Shown one piece after another: positions 39,931-54,065 of a stretch of DNA of 64,000 bases. Each line of letters starts with the position of its first letter. The stretch's first letter is position 1. The position numbers and the translations under genes are program-made. The stretch is taken from contig OX597829.1 of NCBI GenBank assembly GCA_951406725.2, positions 49,352,001 through 49,416,000 on the forward strand. Direction: 5' to 3'. This stretch comes from Octopus vulgaris (taxonomy: Eukaryota). The notes beneath the pieces were generated by a model, which did no database searches, had not been told where the DNA came from, and saw nothing but the letters and a program-made list of their open reading frames with translations.

Positions 39931-40172
39931 TACAGGGTGGCCCAATAGTAGGTTTACAGTTACTCAACTATCACTTTCGCATTTGTATATTAACAGTTTA
40001 AATCTTAATTATAAAAAAAAATAAGAAACCATTATTCTATGGTAATTTAGTTAATTTTCTCAAGCTCCCTTTTGAGTCTGTAAGATAGAAAGTTTAAATG
40101 TAATAAAATGTTTTAAAAGAAATTTAAAAGGCCTATATGATAACTGTAAACCAACTTTTGGGCCACACTGTA
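39931..40172. mobile_element. Tc1/mariner-like MITE
   Basis: ta-cagggtggcccaa ... ttgggccacactg-ta; TIRs with TA flanks. Confidence 0.8.
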
Positions 40173-40410
40173 TCATCATCATTCAACATCCGCTTTCCAT
40201 GCTAGCATGGGTTGGACGGTTCAACTGGGGTCTGGGAAGCCAGAAGGCTGCATCAGGCCCAGTCTGATCTGGCAGTGTTTCTACAGCTGGATGCCCTTCC
40301 TAACGCCAACCACTCCGTGAGTGTAGTGGGTGCTTTTTATGTGCCACCGGCACAGGTGCCAGATGAGGCTGGCAAACGGCCATAATCGGATGGTGCTTTT
40401 TACGTGCCAC
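40173..40410 (-). mobile_element. RTE LINE 3'-UTR end
   Basis: RTE tail family. Confidence 0.82.
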
Positions 40411-40486
40411 ACACACACACATACACATATACATTTATGAATCTGTATTGTTGATTCCTGATGTGATATCATGTGCTGAAACAGAT

Positions 40487-40890
40487 ATTGTTATATTTCG
40501 GTCTGTTTTTTTTTTGTTTTTTTTCCAAATAAACACATGCACTGTATATTCATTATTTATTGTTCTTATTCTAATTCATGTCCATTTTCTGGAAAACTTA
40601 GGTCACACATTTGTGACCTCTTCAGCAACACTTTCCATTTTCATGCATGCCCTTGTTCTGCTTATTCCATTCTATGTGTTCTTGCTCTGCTTATTTTATT
40701 TTGAATGGGATAAGTGGAGCAAGAGCACACACAGAGATGGAAGGTGTCACTGAAGAGGTCACAGATGTGTGATGAAAGATTTCTGGACAATGAACAGTTA
40801 GAAGAAGAACAGTAAAAAATGAGTGAAGAACAAATATATAGTATGTTTATTTGGCAGAAAAAAAAAATGACCATCCCGAAATGCAATATA
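40487..40890. mobile_element. Degenerate foldback element with inverted hammerhead-like motifs
   Basis: tcacacatttgtgacctcttcag (40603-40625) pairs with ctgaagaggtcacagatgtgtga (40750-40772); outer arms also pair loosely. Confidence 0.6.
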
Positions 40891-41022
40891 CATACATACA
40901 TATATATATATATATAAACAAACTTTGGAAGTGTTGAATGTGGTTGGTATTTACAAACAAGAAAATAAATTTCGAATGCCGTAAAGCTTTATTGCATTCA
41001 AATTTTACATTCTTGTCTGCAA

Positions 41023-41425
41023 CCATCATCATCATCATCATTTAACGTCTGTTTTCCATGCTGGCATGGGTTGGACAGTTCCACAGGAGGCTGCGCCAGC
41101 CTCCAGTCTGATCTGGCAATGTTTCTACAGCTAGATGCCTTTCCTAATGCCAACCACTCCAAAAGTATAGTGGGTGCTTTTTACATGCCACTGACACAGA
41201 AGCCAGTCGAGGCAAGGGGGCTAGCATGACCACGTTCGGATGGTGCTTTTTGTGTCACCAGCATGGGGACAACAACTACAATTTCTATTTGATTGTGATT
41301 TGATTCAATTTTGATGTACTTGACTCAATACATCTCTTCAAGCAAGGCATGTCGCCTTACAATCCAAAGGTACTTTTTGAGTGGGCTGCTTATGCGACAC
41401 TGGTGTAGGTTACAGCTGTGATCTC

Positions 41426-41430
<5 letters not shown>
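41023..41430 (-). mobile_element. RTE LINE 3'-UTR end (older)
   Basis: RTE tail family. Confidence 0.72.
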
Positions 41431-41460
<30 letters not shown>

Positions 41461-41539
41461 AATAATATTAGGGAGTAAATCCAAATTTACAGGGAAAAAT
41501 TAGATTTAGGATTAAGTCTAATTTCACAGTATAAATATA

Positions 41540-41784
41540 AATTAAATTAGAGATAAAACCACTATTAGGCAAATCAAACAGTGAAAAACATAAACATAAA
41601 AATAAAAATAAAAATAATTAATATAATTTACAAAATATATATAAAATATAAAATATAAAATTTAAAATTTAAATTTAAAATTATTAATTGATATTTATAT
41701 TTATAATTTTTTTTTAATAATTTTTTTTATAATTTTATAATATGACTGTTTGATTTGCCTAATAGTGGTTTTATCTCTAATTTA

Positions 41785-41788
<4 letters not shown>
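41540..41788. repeat. Inverted repeat (~43-bp arms) around an almost pure A/T spacer
   Basis: aattaaattagagataaaaccactattaggcaaatcaaacagt and its reverse complement. Confidence 0.85.
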
Positions 41789-41840
<52 letters not shown>

Positions 41841-42719
41841 TTGTATGAATATGTCTGTGCATGAGTATGTGTGTGTTGATATGTAAGCAGGATGATATGT
41901 ATGTGTGTTTGGATACAGGAGCCTGGTATTCTCAAGGAAACGGCCATACTCACTACACAGTGAAAGAGTACGTATGAACTCCATATGTTCTAACCACTCG
42001 TGAATTAAGAACATAAGTAGACTCTCTGAAGCGCCATCCTTCAGATGTGATGGTTGCACTTCGGCAACATGCACCAAGAGTATTCTGGAAATAGAGATTC
42101 TTGAATGCCAGCTGCCTCACTCAGAGTAGTCAATAACTCCTTTGACTTAGGTGACATAATTAACAGGGTTCTGGGTGTTCAGAACCCTGTAAAACGTTGT
42201 AAAACTGGTGATTTGGAACATAAATATGGCAGCCAAGATAAGAACAGAATTGTGAAAATTCAGGGAGCTTCAAGCTCTAATTGCAACAAAAGTCTATCTT
42301 TCCCTCCTCAAAGAGTGAAAGGTAAATAGATGCAGGAACTATGCTGTGAGATAAAATAAAGCCCAGTACATGCAATATAAAGTGGTTAGTAGTAGAAAGA
42401 AGGGCATCCATCTGTAAAAATCAAACCAAATGACTTGTAGAAGAACCTACTCTTTTGGGGTGGCAGCTGCCAATGGTCTATTCAGTTCTAGGAAACTAAA
42501 CATAAAATGATGATGATGATGATGACAATGATAAAACACGTGTGTGTGTGTCTGTGTGTGTGTGTGTGTGTACACATAGATGTATAATTAATATGCTTAA
42601 CTTGAAATTCCATCGTCAACCAGTCTGCTTCCAGCATAGTGGTTGCTCTCAGAACATCCAATTCAGTGTTCCAAACAAATGCACTGATGAAATGTACGGA
42701 TGAATAAATGATAATAAAC

Positions 42720-44908
42720 TTGTATATGTGTGCATGTGTGTGTATGTATATGTAGACATATATATAAACACGCACACATATACATACATACATATATACA
42801 TACATACATACATACATACATACATCATACATACATACATACATAATATAGATATATATACATACAGATACATGCATACATATACATACACATACATGCA
42901 TACATATACATACACAAATATATATATACATATATATACATACATATACATGCATACATATACATACACATGAATATATATATACATATATATACATACA
43001 TATACATGCATACATATACATACACATGAATATATATATACATATATATACATACATATACATGCATACATATACATGAATATATATATACATATATATA
43101 CATACATATACATGCATACATATACATACACATGAATATATATATATATATATATACATATATAAACATATATATATATATATACAATACATATGTATTT
43201 ATAGATATATATATGTTTATATATGTATATATATATATGTTTATATATGTATATATATATATACATATATATATATATACATATATAAACATATATATAT
43301 ATACAATACATATGTATTTATAGATATACATATTTATGCATATATACATATACCTACATATATATAAATATACATATACGCACATGCATATATATGTGTG
43401 TATGTATGTACATATATACATAAATATGCATACATATATACACACACTCACACATATATATATATATACGTATATACATACATACACATATATATATATA
43501 CACACATACATTCATACACACATATATATATATACACACACATACATTCATACACACACATATATATATATATATACACACACACATACATTCATACATA
43601 TATATATATACACACACACACACAGATAGAGAGAAGGGTGAAAGAGACTCAAACATATACATACTGTCATGCATATTCTGTGTGTGTGTGTGTATGTATA
43701 TATGCACGTATATACGTACGTATTAATAAAAGATTTTTTTTTGGCCGTTTATGTATTTCAGGAAGAGGGTTCGTTCAAGTGCTAAATTTATCATGGATAA
43801 ATAACATCCAGTAAGGTCTCTCCGAGTGCTTTCTTCCCGCTCCTCCCAACCCCCCACCCCACCCCACCCTGATCATCATAAAAATATTTTAGGCCTCGGC
43901 ATTAAAATTTTTTCTAATATATGCACCAATATTAATATCAGGAATATGGAGACACAAGTTTGGAATTTATAATTTCTGATTGAGCATAGCATCGGAATAA
44001 CGGAATGTGCACTAGCGTCGTCTGTAGGTTGGTCTTGTCTTGTCTTAGCATCCATAGAATGTATATATCACTGGTAGACAACCATATGTTATCGACATGC
44101 ATACATACATACATACATAAACTCATACATACATACATACACATATATATATACACACACACATACATTCATACACATATATATATACACACACATACAT
44201 TCATACACATATATATATACACACACATACATTCATACACATATATATATATACACACACATACATTCATACACATATATATATATACACACACATACAT
44301 TCATACACATATATATATATATACACACATACATTCATACATATATATATATATATACAGATATATATACACACACACACAGATAGAGAGAAGGGACTCA
44401 AACATATGCATACTGATATGTATATTCTGTGTATGTGTGTGTGTGTGTGTATATATGCACGTATATACGTACGTATTAATGAAAGATTTTTTTGGCCGTT
44501 TACGTATTTCAGGAAGATATGTATACATACCTACGTATGTACATACATACATACACACATACATACATATGATTACACACATGCACACACACATACATGC
44601 GTACAAGTACATACATACATGCAAACACACACACACATACACACATACATGCATACACATACACACACACGTACATGCATACACATACATACATGTATAT
44701 ACACACACGTGCTTACATACATGAGATTGGTGGATGAATGAGACAGATATATATATATATTGACAGAGAGAGAGAGAGAAAAAGAGAGAAAGAAAGAAAG
44801 AGCGAGAGAGAAAGAGAGAAAGAGAGAGAGAGAGATGGATGTATTGAAACAGGTAGATAATTAGAGAGACAGATATACAGGTTGATGGATGGCTTGGTGG
44901 ATGGAGGG

Positions 44909-44967
<59 letters not shown>

Positions 44968-45124
44968 CAGACAGACAGACAGACAGACAGATAGAGACAG
45001 ACAGAGAGAGACAGACAGAGACAGACAGAGACAGACAGACAGACAAACAGAGAAGAAAGTGACAGACAGACAGACAGTCAGACAGACAGAGAAGAAAGAG
45101 ACAGACAGACAGACAGACAGTCAG

Positions 45125-45207
<83 letters not shown>

Positions 45208-45230
45208 CAGATAGATAGATAGACAGACTG
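42720..45230. repeat. Large compound microsatellite region (TA/CA/TACA, GA, GACA, GATA) with a short unique island at 43770-44090
   Basis: Directly visible. Confidence 0.9.
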
Positions 45231-45493
45231 TCAGAGAGAAAAATGAGTAGATTGAAACAGATAATTAGACAGACATACAGACAGAAAGGATAAACAGATA
45301 AAGTAGCAGTGTGTGTGTGTGTGTATGTGTGTGTATGTGTGTGTGTGTGTATGTGTGAGTGTGTGAGTATCTAGTTATACCGTCTCTCTCACACACACAC
45401 ATGCACCCACATATACAACAGAATATGTCAATTGTATGAGAACATACAGATAAAATAGTGTGGACGTGTACGTTTGTGTGTGTGAGTTTGAAA

Positions 45494-45531
<38 letters not shown>

Positions 45532-45551
45532 ATATATGTATATATTTACCT

Positions 45552-45584
<33 letters not shown>

Positions 45585-45849
45585 CATGCAGGAATATGGC
45601 AGTGATGTGAGAGCATTTGTAGTAGTGCCATTTATACCTGGTTGTTGCATTCATAAAATTTCTTATCTCAGGAAGGCAACCATATGTTAGCAAAACCAGA
45701 AAAAGTTTGAAGATTTAAAAATTGAAATATATATATATCTACATCAATAAAGGTCTTAAAGTGAACACATATGTTTCGTTTAACTTAGGATATTGAATGA
45801 CATCATTCTCCTTTTGTTATTCCTTGGTTTAGAATTTCATCACAATTAA

Positions 45850-46450
45850 TTCCATTTGTTACCATAATTTTTTTCAAATCCCATTGCCTTTGTTTTAATT
45901 AATTTTGAAAATAACAAAGAATTTGGTAAAATAACTTTATCGTTGTTAAACTGGTGATTTGGAACATAAATTCACATGGAACTTTGAAGGTTTTAATTTA
46001 GATCTATTTAATCCCTTTTTTGTTACCACAGAAATACATTATCTTTATTGCAATTACTTTTGAAAATAACAAGGAATTTAATAAAATAACTTTGTCATTA
46101 TTAATCTGGTGTTTTGGAACATAAATTCACATGGAATTTTGATGGAGGGTTTTAATTTAAATCATTTTAAGCTTTTAGCATTCAAATTACTTCGTTAAAT
46201 ATATTTCATTTATTCACCTTCTTTTAAATTAATCCTGCATTATCTCATAGCTTTGAGATTTCAATGATGGGATCGTTTATCTTTAGAATGACATTATAGG
46301 GTAGGTGTGAGAGGCTTGATCTGGCCAGTTCTAACATAAAACAAGTAGAATATTTTGGCTAGATATGGCCAGTTTAACCCCTCAGTATTCAGATTATTCT
46401 GTCAAAAGTAATGCTTCTTTATCGACATTCCTTTAAATTAATCCTTCATT
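45850..46450. mobile_element. Cluster of degenerate piggyBac-like MITEs; related copy at 56745-56960
   Basis: Body motifs ataacaaagaatttagtaaaataactt...ggaacataaatt shared with the 20113 family; the gcattc...ctcatagcttt...agggtaggt block recurs at 56750. Confidence 0.6.
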
Positions 46451-47166
46451 AAAAACACACACAAGTAAAGAGAAGATAGTGTATTCTTTTATTCGTTTTT
46501 TTACTTGTTTTAGTCATTTGACTGCAGCCATGCTGGAGCACTACCTCAAAGGGTCTTAGTTAAACAAATCAACCCCAGAACTTATTTTGTAAGCCTTGTA
46601 CTTGTTTTATTGGGTTTTTTTTGTGCTGAACCATTAAGTTATGGGGACATAAACACACAAACACTTGTTGTCAAGTGGTGGGCGGGAGGGGGGGGACACA
46701 CACACAGACACAAACATATAAATCATCATCATTTAATGTCTGCCTTCCATGCTGGATACATACATATATATATATAAACAATAGGCTTCTTTCAGTTTGT
46801 GTCTACCAAATCCACTCACAAGGCTTTGGTCTGCCCAAAGCTATAATAGACGACACTTGCCCAAGGTACTGTGCAGTGGGACTGAACCCAGAACATTTGG
46901 TTCGGAAACAAGTTTCTTATAAACCATATTTTTTTCTTTCATCTTTTATTGTTTCTGTCATTAGTCTAGAACCGTGCTGGGACAGCATTTCAGAGGGTTT
47001 TAGTAAAATGAATCAATCCTGATAGTCCAATTTGTTTTCTACTCACCTTATTCTATCAGTCTCTTTTACTGAACCACTAAGTAGATGTAAACACACCAAC
47101 ATCAGTTGGCAAGCAGTAGTTGAGGACAAACAAAAAGACACTCACATACAGCAACACACACACAAA

Positions 47167-47212
<46 letters not shown>

Positions 47213-47215
<3 letters not shown>

Positions 47216-47435
47216 ATGAAAGTCATGGGAGCTGTGCTGTTTTCTGACTTTGTAAACATGTCCACAGGTTTTAGACTGGTGGAGTTTGAAAAGGTGCTCA
47301 GAGTTATTGTTAGTAAGATGGTTAATAATTTTATGGGTGTCTGCCAAGTCAGCTGCCAAGCGTCGGAGTTTCAATGTGTCCATGCCCAGGGAAGTAAGGC
47401 GTTCAGAATATGGTAGGCTTATTTCAGTTTCTACC
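47213..47435 (-). mobile_element. CR1-like LINE fragment
   Basis: SLPYSERLTSLGMDTLKLRRLAADLADTHKII...GHVYKVRKQ, a classic CR1 ORF2 C-terminal motif. Confidence 0.85.
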
Positions 47436-47473
47436 ATATACACTCACAGTGTCTACCATATACACTCACAAAA

Positions 47474-47703
47474 GGCGGCGAGCTGGCAGAAACATTAGCA
47501 CGCCGGGCGAAATGCTTAGCGGCATTTCGTCTGCCGTTACGTTCTGAGTTCAAATTCCGCCGAGGTCAACTTTGCCTTTCATCCTTTCGGGGTCGATAAA
47601 TTAAGTACCAGTTATGCACTGGGGTCGATGTAATCGACTTAATCCCTTTGTCTGTCCTTGTTTGTCCCCTCTGTGCTTAGCCCCTTGTGGGTAGTAAAGA
47701 AAT
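47474..47703 (+). mobile_element. SINE family B, full length
   Basis: Family B sequence inserted within a family A head; flanking repeat atatacactcacaaa. Confidence 0.88.
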
Positions 47704-48144
47704 ATATATACACTCACAAAGCTTTGGTAAGCCCAGGGCCATAGTAAAAGACATTTACCCAAGGTGCCACACCATGGGACTGAACCTAAAACCACGTGTT
47801 TGGGAAGCAAACACCTTACCACACAATGCAGACAGATGATATATTTTCTAGGGCGAAGGGTTGTGTAAGGGCCAACCCCACTTTTTGAAAATGCTGAAAG
47901 CAGAAAGTTGGAACAAATGTTTGCCACAAATTCAATGAACAGTAGAATTCTGGGTTTTCTATTAGTGTTAGAAACCCTGCATCTGGGAATCCAACAGGGA
48001 GAGCAGCACTGGACAGATATAATGTTTTCACACCTTTTTACCGTAAGAGAGAATTTTTTTTCTCAGCAGTAACTGAAGTGAATTAAACCTTACAAGTTGA
48101 GATACGTCACTAACATATTTTAACTAATTTATGCATGCTTATAT

Positions 48145-48565
48145 ACTCTTTTACTCTTTTTACTCTTTTACTTGTTTCAATCATTTGACTGCAGCCATGC
48201 TGGAGCACTGCTTTTAGTCGAGCAAATCGACCTCGGGACTTATTCTTTGTAAGCCCAGTACTTAATCTATCGGTTTCTTTTGCCAAACCGCTAAGTGATG
48301 GGGACGTAAACACACCAGCATCAGTTGTCAAGCAATGCTAGGGGGACAAACACAGACACACAAACACACACACGCACATATATATATATATACATATATA
48401 CGACAGGCTTCTTTCAGTTTCCGTCTACCAAATCCACTCACAAGGCATTGGTCGGCCCGGGGCTATAGCAGAAGGCACTTGCCCAAGGTGCCACACAGTG
48501 GGACTGAACCCGCAACCATGTGGTTGGTTAGCAAGCTACTTACCACACAGCCACTCCTGCGCCTA
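48145..48565 (-). mobile_element. SINE family A, full length
   Basis: Family A sequence. Confidence 0.9.
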
Positions 48566-49485
48566 TGTATAAGTGAAATAATGTGGAGCATTGCTGACAG
48601 TCATTGTCTTTAACATCTAGGGTAAGATAATTTGTGGGTGATGGTCGTACTTGTTTACGAACTGACAGCTACCAAGGGTGAAATAGCACCATCAGAATGA
48701 AGAGATGATCGGACAGATGTACAACATGAGAAGCTATAAGAGGTAGAGGAAAATTTGAAAAGTCTTTTTTATATACCTAGGCCTATTCCCCATTTTTTTT
48801 AGGAGGGAGTAGCGACAACAAGATACACATCAGGCATTCCAACCATTTCCCAGCTCAAAGAGGCAGGCTCCGTTCTATGCTTGGATCAAGGCATAGAATG
48901 CAACCCCCAATATCAGCAGCTGGGGTCCGACAACATATGCTGTTTCACTCCCTCCGCATCATGCTGGTTCCGTACCCCTTAGAGCAACATCAAGGTTAAA
49001 TTTGAAAAGTGACAGACAATAAGTAAACAAACACACACAAATAACTAACAAAAGACTGAAAGGTAAAGAGATATTTCAGGTGAGCTCGTTATCAAGGTGG
49101 ACGAAGAAGCAAGATAATGAAAACCAGAAACAAGACACTACTTATTTTGAAGAAGTGTGTGTGTATCCTTCAGCCACATATATCTATTACGTATGTATTT
49201 ACTCTTTTTCTCTTCTATTTGTGTCAGTCATTTGACTGTGGCCATGCTGGAGCACCGCCTTTAGTCGAGCAAATTCAGCCCAGGACTTATTCATTGTAAG
49301 CCTAGTACTTATTCTATCAGTCTCTTTTGCCAAACCGTTCAGTTACAGGGATATACACACACCACATTGGTTGTCAAGCAATGGTGGGTGGGAGACAAAT
49401 GCAGACACACACATTATATATATATATATATACATATAGATACATATATGTTTTCTATTTTCTTTCCCTGTTTATTTCTGTGTTC

Positions 49486-49521
49486 CTTTCTGTCGAAGAG
49501 CATAGGCTCGAAACGTAAAAG
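49486..49521 (+). ncRNA. Minimal hammerhead-like motif within a small element (~49448-49612) nested in a family A SINE
   Basis: cttt-CTGTCGA-a-gagc(atag)gctc-GAAA-cgTA-aaag; all stems intact, core position 6 is T instead of A. Confidence 0.58.
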
Positions 49522-50867
49522 ACTTTCTCACTTCCTGAGCATTAAGCTAATACATCTGTCTGTTGTTTATACACCCGTCTTTGTCTTTTGTTTTTTTTGT
49601 GAATCCTCACCATATACATACATATATATATATATATATATAGATAGATACATACATATATATATATACTTATATATATATATATATATATACATATAAT
49701 GTACACACATATATATATACATGTACAAATATATGTACATATATATACATATATATATATTTACACACAATGGGCTTCTTTCAGTTTCCTTCTACCAAAT
49801 CCACTCACAAGGCTTTAGTCAGCCTGAAGTAGTAGTAGAAGACACTGGCCGAATGTTCCACTCAGTGGGACGGAACGTGGAGCCAAGTGGTTGGTAAGCA
49901 AGCAACTTATCACACAGCCACTCCTGCTGATGATTAGATTGATGATGATAACAATGATGATGATGATGATATGTATTTTTCTGTGGATGTTCTATATTAC
50001 TCATATTTCACATAATATTGATCAATATGATCAAAGCAGTATGGTATGAATGTGGATATATGAATTGCAGTAAGGTCTGTTAAATGAATTCAGAGACAAA
50101 TTACAATAGACTGCAAGGAAACATTTGTTACAACTTCAGAAATTTTATAAAGCAAACTGGTGAGACATTTCAGTTGTCAAAACATTATAAATATTTAAAT
50201 GTTCATCAAAATATAGAATAAAGGTCAAAGAAGAACCTGAATACAGTGTCACAATAATTCTGGTTACTTTTATTCAAAGACTGGTACAATGCTAAGCTTA
50301 ACTTCAAAGATTCTGGCTTGAAATCTGTTCAAATTGCAAACGGCAAATTGAAATCAAAATTGTTTTTATGTCAAGGTCACTTATAACAAAGCTCACCATA
50401 TTAGGGACTTAATGAACCAGAACTTCTCATTTTATAAGTGACGGACAGATGCTAGGCTAGTCTATCATGTTTAAAGGCTAATGTAGAATGTTTAAAGCGA
50501 GTTTAAAGGCTAATGTAGAATGTTTGAGTCTGATGTGGCTGATGGTTTAAATGCTAATGAGTTAAAAACAGTGCTTGATTAATTAGCAATTAAACACACA
50601 TCAAGCACAACTGGCATAAAGAATTTGTGCAAGATAGATGAATGGTAGTTTTTAATGGTAGTTTTTAACATGAATGGTAGTCTAAGTACAACTAAATGGA
50701 TCCGACCATCACATGATGAACCAAAATGATCAGCAAAAAAAAAAAAGAGCTACAATGTGAGTAGCTAAAGTTCACAAGCACTCATGCTACCACCACATGA
50801 TAAAAATAGAGATTATGCATTTTGAAATTGAAATGCCATAAAACAGATTGATCCTCAATCACTGACA

Positions 50868-51045
50868 TCAACAACAACAACAGAAAGAAGAAGAAGGAGG
50901 AGGAGGGGGAGGAAGAGGAGGAGGGTGTGGAGGAGGAAGAGGAAGAGGAAGAGGAGGAAGAAGAGGAGGAAGAAGAGGAGAAGAAGAGGAGGAAGAAGAG
51001 GAGGAGGAAGAAGAGGAGAGACAATAATAATAATAATAATAACAA
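50868..51045. repeat. (CAA)/(GAA/GGA)/(AAT) trinucleotide tract
   Basis: Directly visible. Confidence 0.9.
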
Positions 51046-52029
51046 TGATTTGGCATGTGGGTAGCAAGTTCAAGGGAAGTGGCTTGTCGATTACATCAAC
51101 CCCAGTACTCAACTGGTACTTATTGGTAAAATTTAACTCAGAACATAAAGATGCCACTAAGCATGTTACCCCCCCCAAAAAAAAAAACCCACCCCCATCC
51201 CAGCATTCCAACAATTCTGCCAGCTGGCCACCTTAACAACAACAACAACAACAACAATAATATTAATAATAATAATAGTAATAATAATAATAATAATGTT
51301 AATAATAGTACAAATTCTAAAAGAATCTCAGATTCTTGTCTCTTTTCCCTAGAATATATCATTGATGGATGTTATTTCAGGTCTCAGTGCGAGATTTGGA
51401 GCAGCTTGTGTAAAATGAAGAAAACAATAATAATAATAATAACCACAGTAAAAATAAAAGTCAAAAGAAGTAGCTGAATTCCACATTATTGATCCATGTC
51501 AATGCGTCATCTCCATTCCAGGCATTAAAATAAAGAACATTTGATGTATAGATCCAAATTTGGTTGTCAGATTCCATACTTCTTGCAGATTTAAGAATGG
51601 TGGTATTTTGCAAAGCATATTCGTCGTCAGCTCAGCAGCTATAATCTGACGGTAAGTAAAAAGTCGGCAGCTTCTAAAAATGATCAGGTCAGGATTTCGA
51701 AATGGTTTTTCTTTATATTCTTTTTCTATTTATTAGCTTCAGTCAGGAGGTTATACCCATGCTGGAGTTTTTTTTTTTTTATCAGTGTCACAATATATAT
51801 TACTCTTGTATTTATTTTCAGCATTTTCTGTCTGTTTATTGAATTTCTCTTGTTTTTTTTTAAAATTATTTTGGCATAAAAAGACATAAGATGTGATTCA
51901 ACATCGGTATACACAGACACCCATGCTTATACATACACATTATATTTAATATGCATGTATATATATATATATATATTACTGTGTGTGATAAGAAACTGAT
52001 GATAAATGAACAAATAATGACTCTCTTTT

Positions 52030-52685
52030 TGACTCTTTTATTTGTTTCAGTCATTTGACTGTGGCCAGGCTGGAGCACCACCTTAAGTCGAGCAAATCGA
52101 CCCCATTCTTTGAAGCCTAGTACTTATTCTATCGGTCTCTTTTGCCGAGCTGCTAAGTTACAGGGACATATACACACAAGCATTGATTGTCAAGCGATGT
52201 TGGGGGGGACAAACACAGACACACAAACATATACACACAAATGCATATATATATATATATATATATATATACACGACGGGTTTCTTTCAGTTTCCATCTA
52301 CCAAATCCACTCACAAGGCTTTGGTCAGTCTGAGGCTTTAGTAGAAGACACTTGCCCAAGGTACCATGCATTGGGACTGAACCCGGAACCATGTGGTTTA
52401 TAAGCAAGCTACTTACTTGTGTGTGGATTTGGTAGATGGAAACTGAAAGAAGCCCGTCGTATATATGTATATATATGTGTGTCTGTGTTTGACCCCCAAC
52501 ATCGCTTGACAACCGATGCTGGTGTGTTTATATCCCCGTAACTTAGCTGTTTGGCAAAAGTGACCGATAGAATAAGTACTAGGCTTACAAAGAATAAGTC
52601 CTGGGGTCGATTTGCTCAACTAAAGGCGGCGCTCCAGCATGGCTACTGTTACATGACGGAAACAAGTAAAAGAGCAAAAGAGTAA
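52030..52685. mobile_element. Directly abutting inverted pair of family A SINEs (-, 52030-52412; +, 52418-52685)
   Basis: About 270 bp of body and tail is present in both orientations. Confidence 0.87.
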
Positions 52686-53273
52686 AAAATTAGTCGTAAT
52701 GTGGGTGTTAACTGTTTTGGTTGTGTTAGGCTAAAAGTGATTTTGCATAACCGTGAGGAATAGGTTGTTGCCTATACTATTAGCCAGGAGGATATGTCTT
52801 GCTCATATGTGTTGGTTGCCTAGGTCTAGGGTAGTGTATCTGGGTTTTTCATGATCAGTAGCTAAAAGTGTATAATAATGTATAGACACATATGTATGCA
52901 CATACACATATGTACACACACACACACATATGCATGCACATGCACACACATATATATAGACATACATGGTCCACTCAGGTGGCAAAATTGATTTGTACCT
53001 GTATTTCAAAGGGTCGGCCTTGTCACATTCTGTATCACACTGAATATACCCGAGAACTATGTTAAGGGTACGTGTGCTTGTGGAGTGGTCAGCCACTTGC
53101 AGATTACTTTCATAAGCAGTCTGTTCCATTGATCGGATTACCAGGAACCCTCATCATCGTACCTGATGCAGTGCAAGAGAGAATATACACACACACACAC
53201 ACACATACATATACACACACCCAACAACCAAATAAACATATAAAATAGGTGGTAATATTACACCAACTGTTTT

Positions 53274-53310
53274 GCTCTGATGATGGATATCTTGTCCGAA
53301 ATATAAAGAC
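53274..53310 (+). ncRNA. Minimal hammerhead-like motif, intact core, weak stem I
   Basis: CTGATGA (53277-53283)-t-ggata(tct)tgtcc-GAAA (53298-53301)-tata. Confidence 0.5.
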
Positions 53311-53569
53311 TTCTTAAATCATCTCTCAGTCAACATTTGAACATTGTGCTGTTATTACTCTATTATTTGATTCATCCTTTTGCATTGCAAGAAACTTTCC
53401 AGACAAACTCACTTTTCATATACTACAATGCTTCAAACAAACCACAGAACTTTTCTATAGGTACATTTGTGTAAACATGCACATGTGTATGGAAATAGAG
53501 CCCCTTTTCAATCAGTTTCCCTTTAATGAATATCACTCACAGGACACAGGTCAGTCTGAGGTGATATAA

Positions 53570-53605
<36 letters not shown>

Positions 53606-53699
53606 GTGTGTGTATGTGTGTGTGTGTGTGTGTACATACACCTTATTTTGGTTGTATATGTTAGAGCCTCAGTGTATGGATGTCGGCAATTTTACTTAG

Positions 53700-54065
53700 T
53701 TCAACACATCTTTGCAAGTTTCGCAAATTGCTACACCTTCTGGTTTCCTTGTCATTTCCTCAGTGAGGCCCAGCATCCAAAGATCCTCTATCACCAGTTC
53801 ATGTCACATCTTCCACAGGTTCACTCATCTCACATCTTCCACAGGTACCCTCCACAATTAGAACTTAACACTTCTTTACACGGCTGTCCTGATCCACACG
53901 CATCACATGACCAAACCAGTACAGTCTTCTCTCTTGCACACAACATCTGATTTCTCTTGTACTCAATTTCCCTCTTAAATCATTTACACTCCGTTGTGTG
54001 TGTGTGTGCACACTGACATTACCCATCTAGTGGAACATGTTACCTTGGTTTTTTTCAAGCCTTTT
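53700..54065 (-). mobile_element. Degenerate RTE ORF2 fragment
   Basis: Minus strand RCCVQERRLYWFGHVMRVD...CVKKC...GTCGR...TCGRCDM; same family as 57800. Confidence 0.7.
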
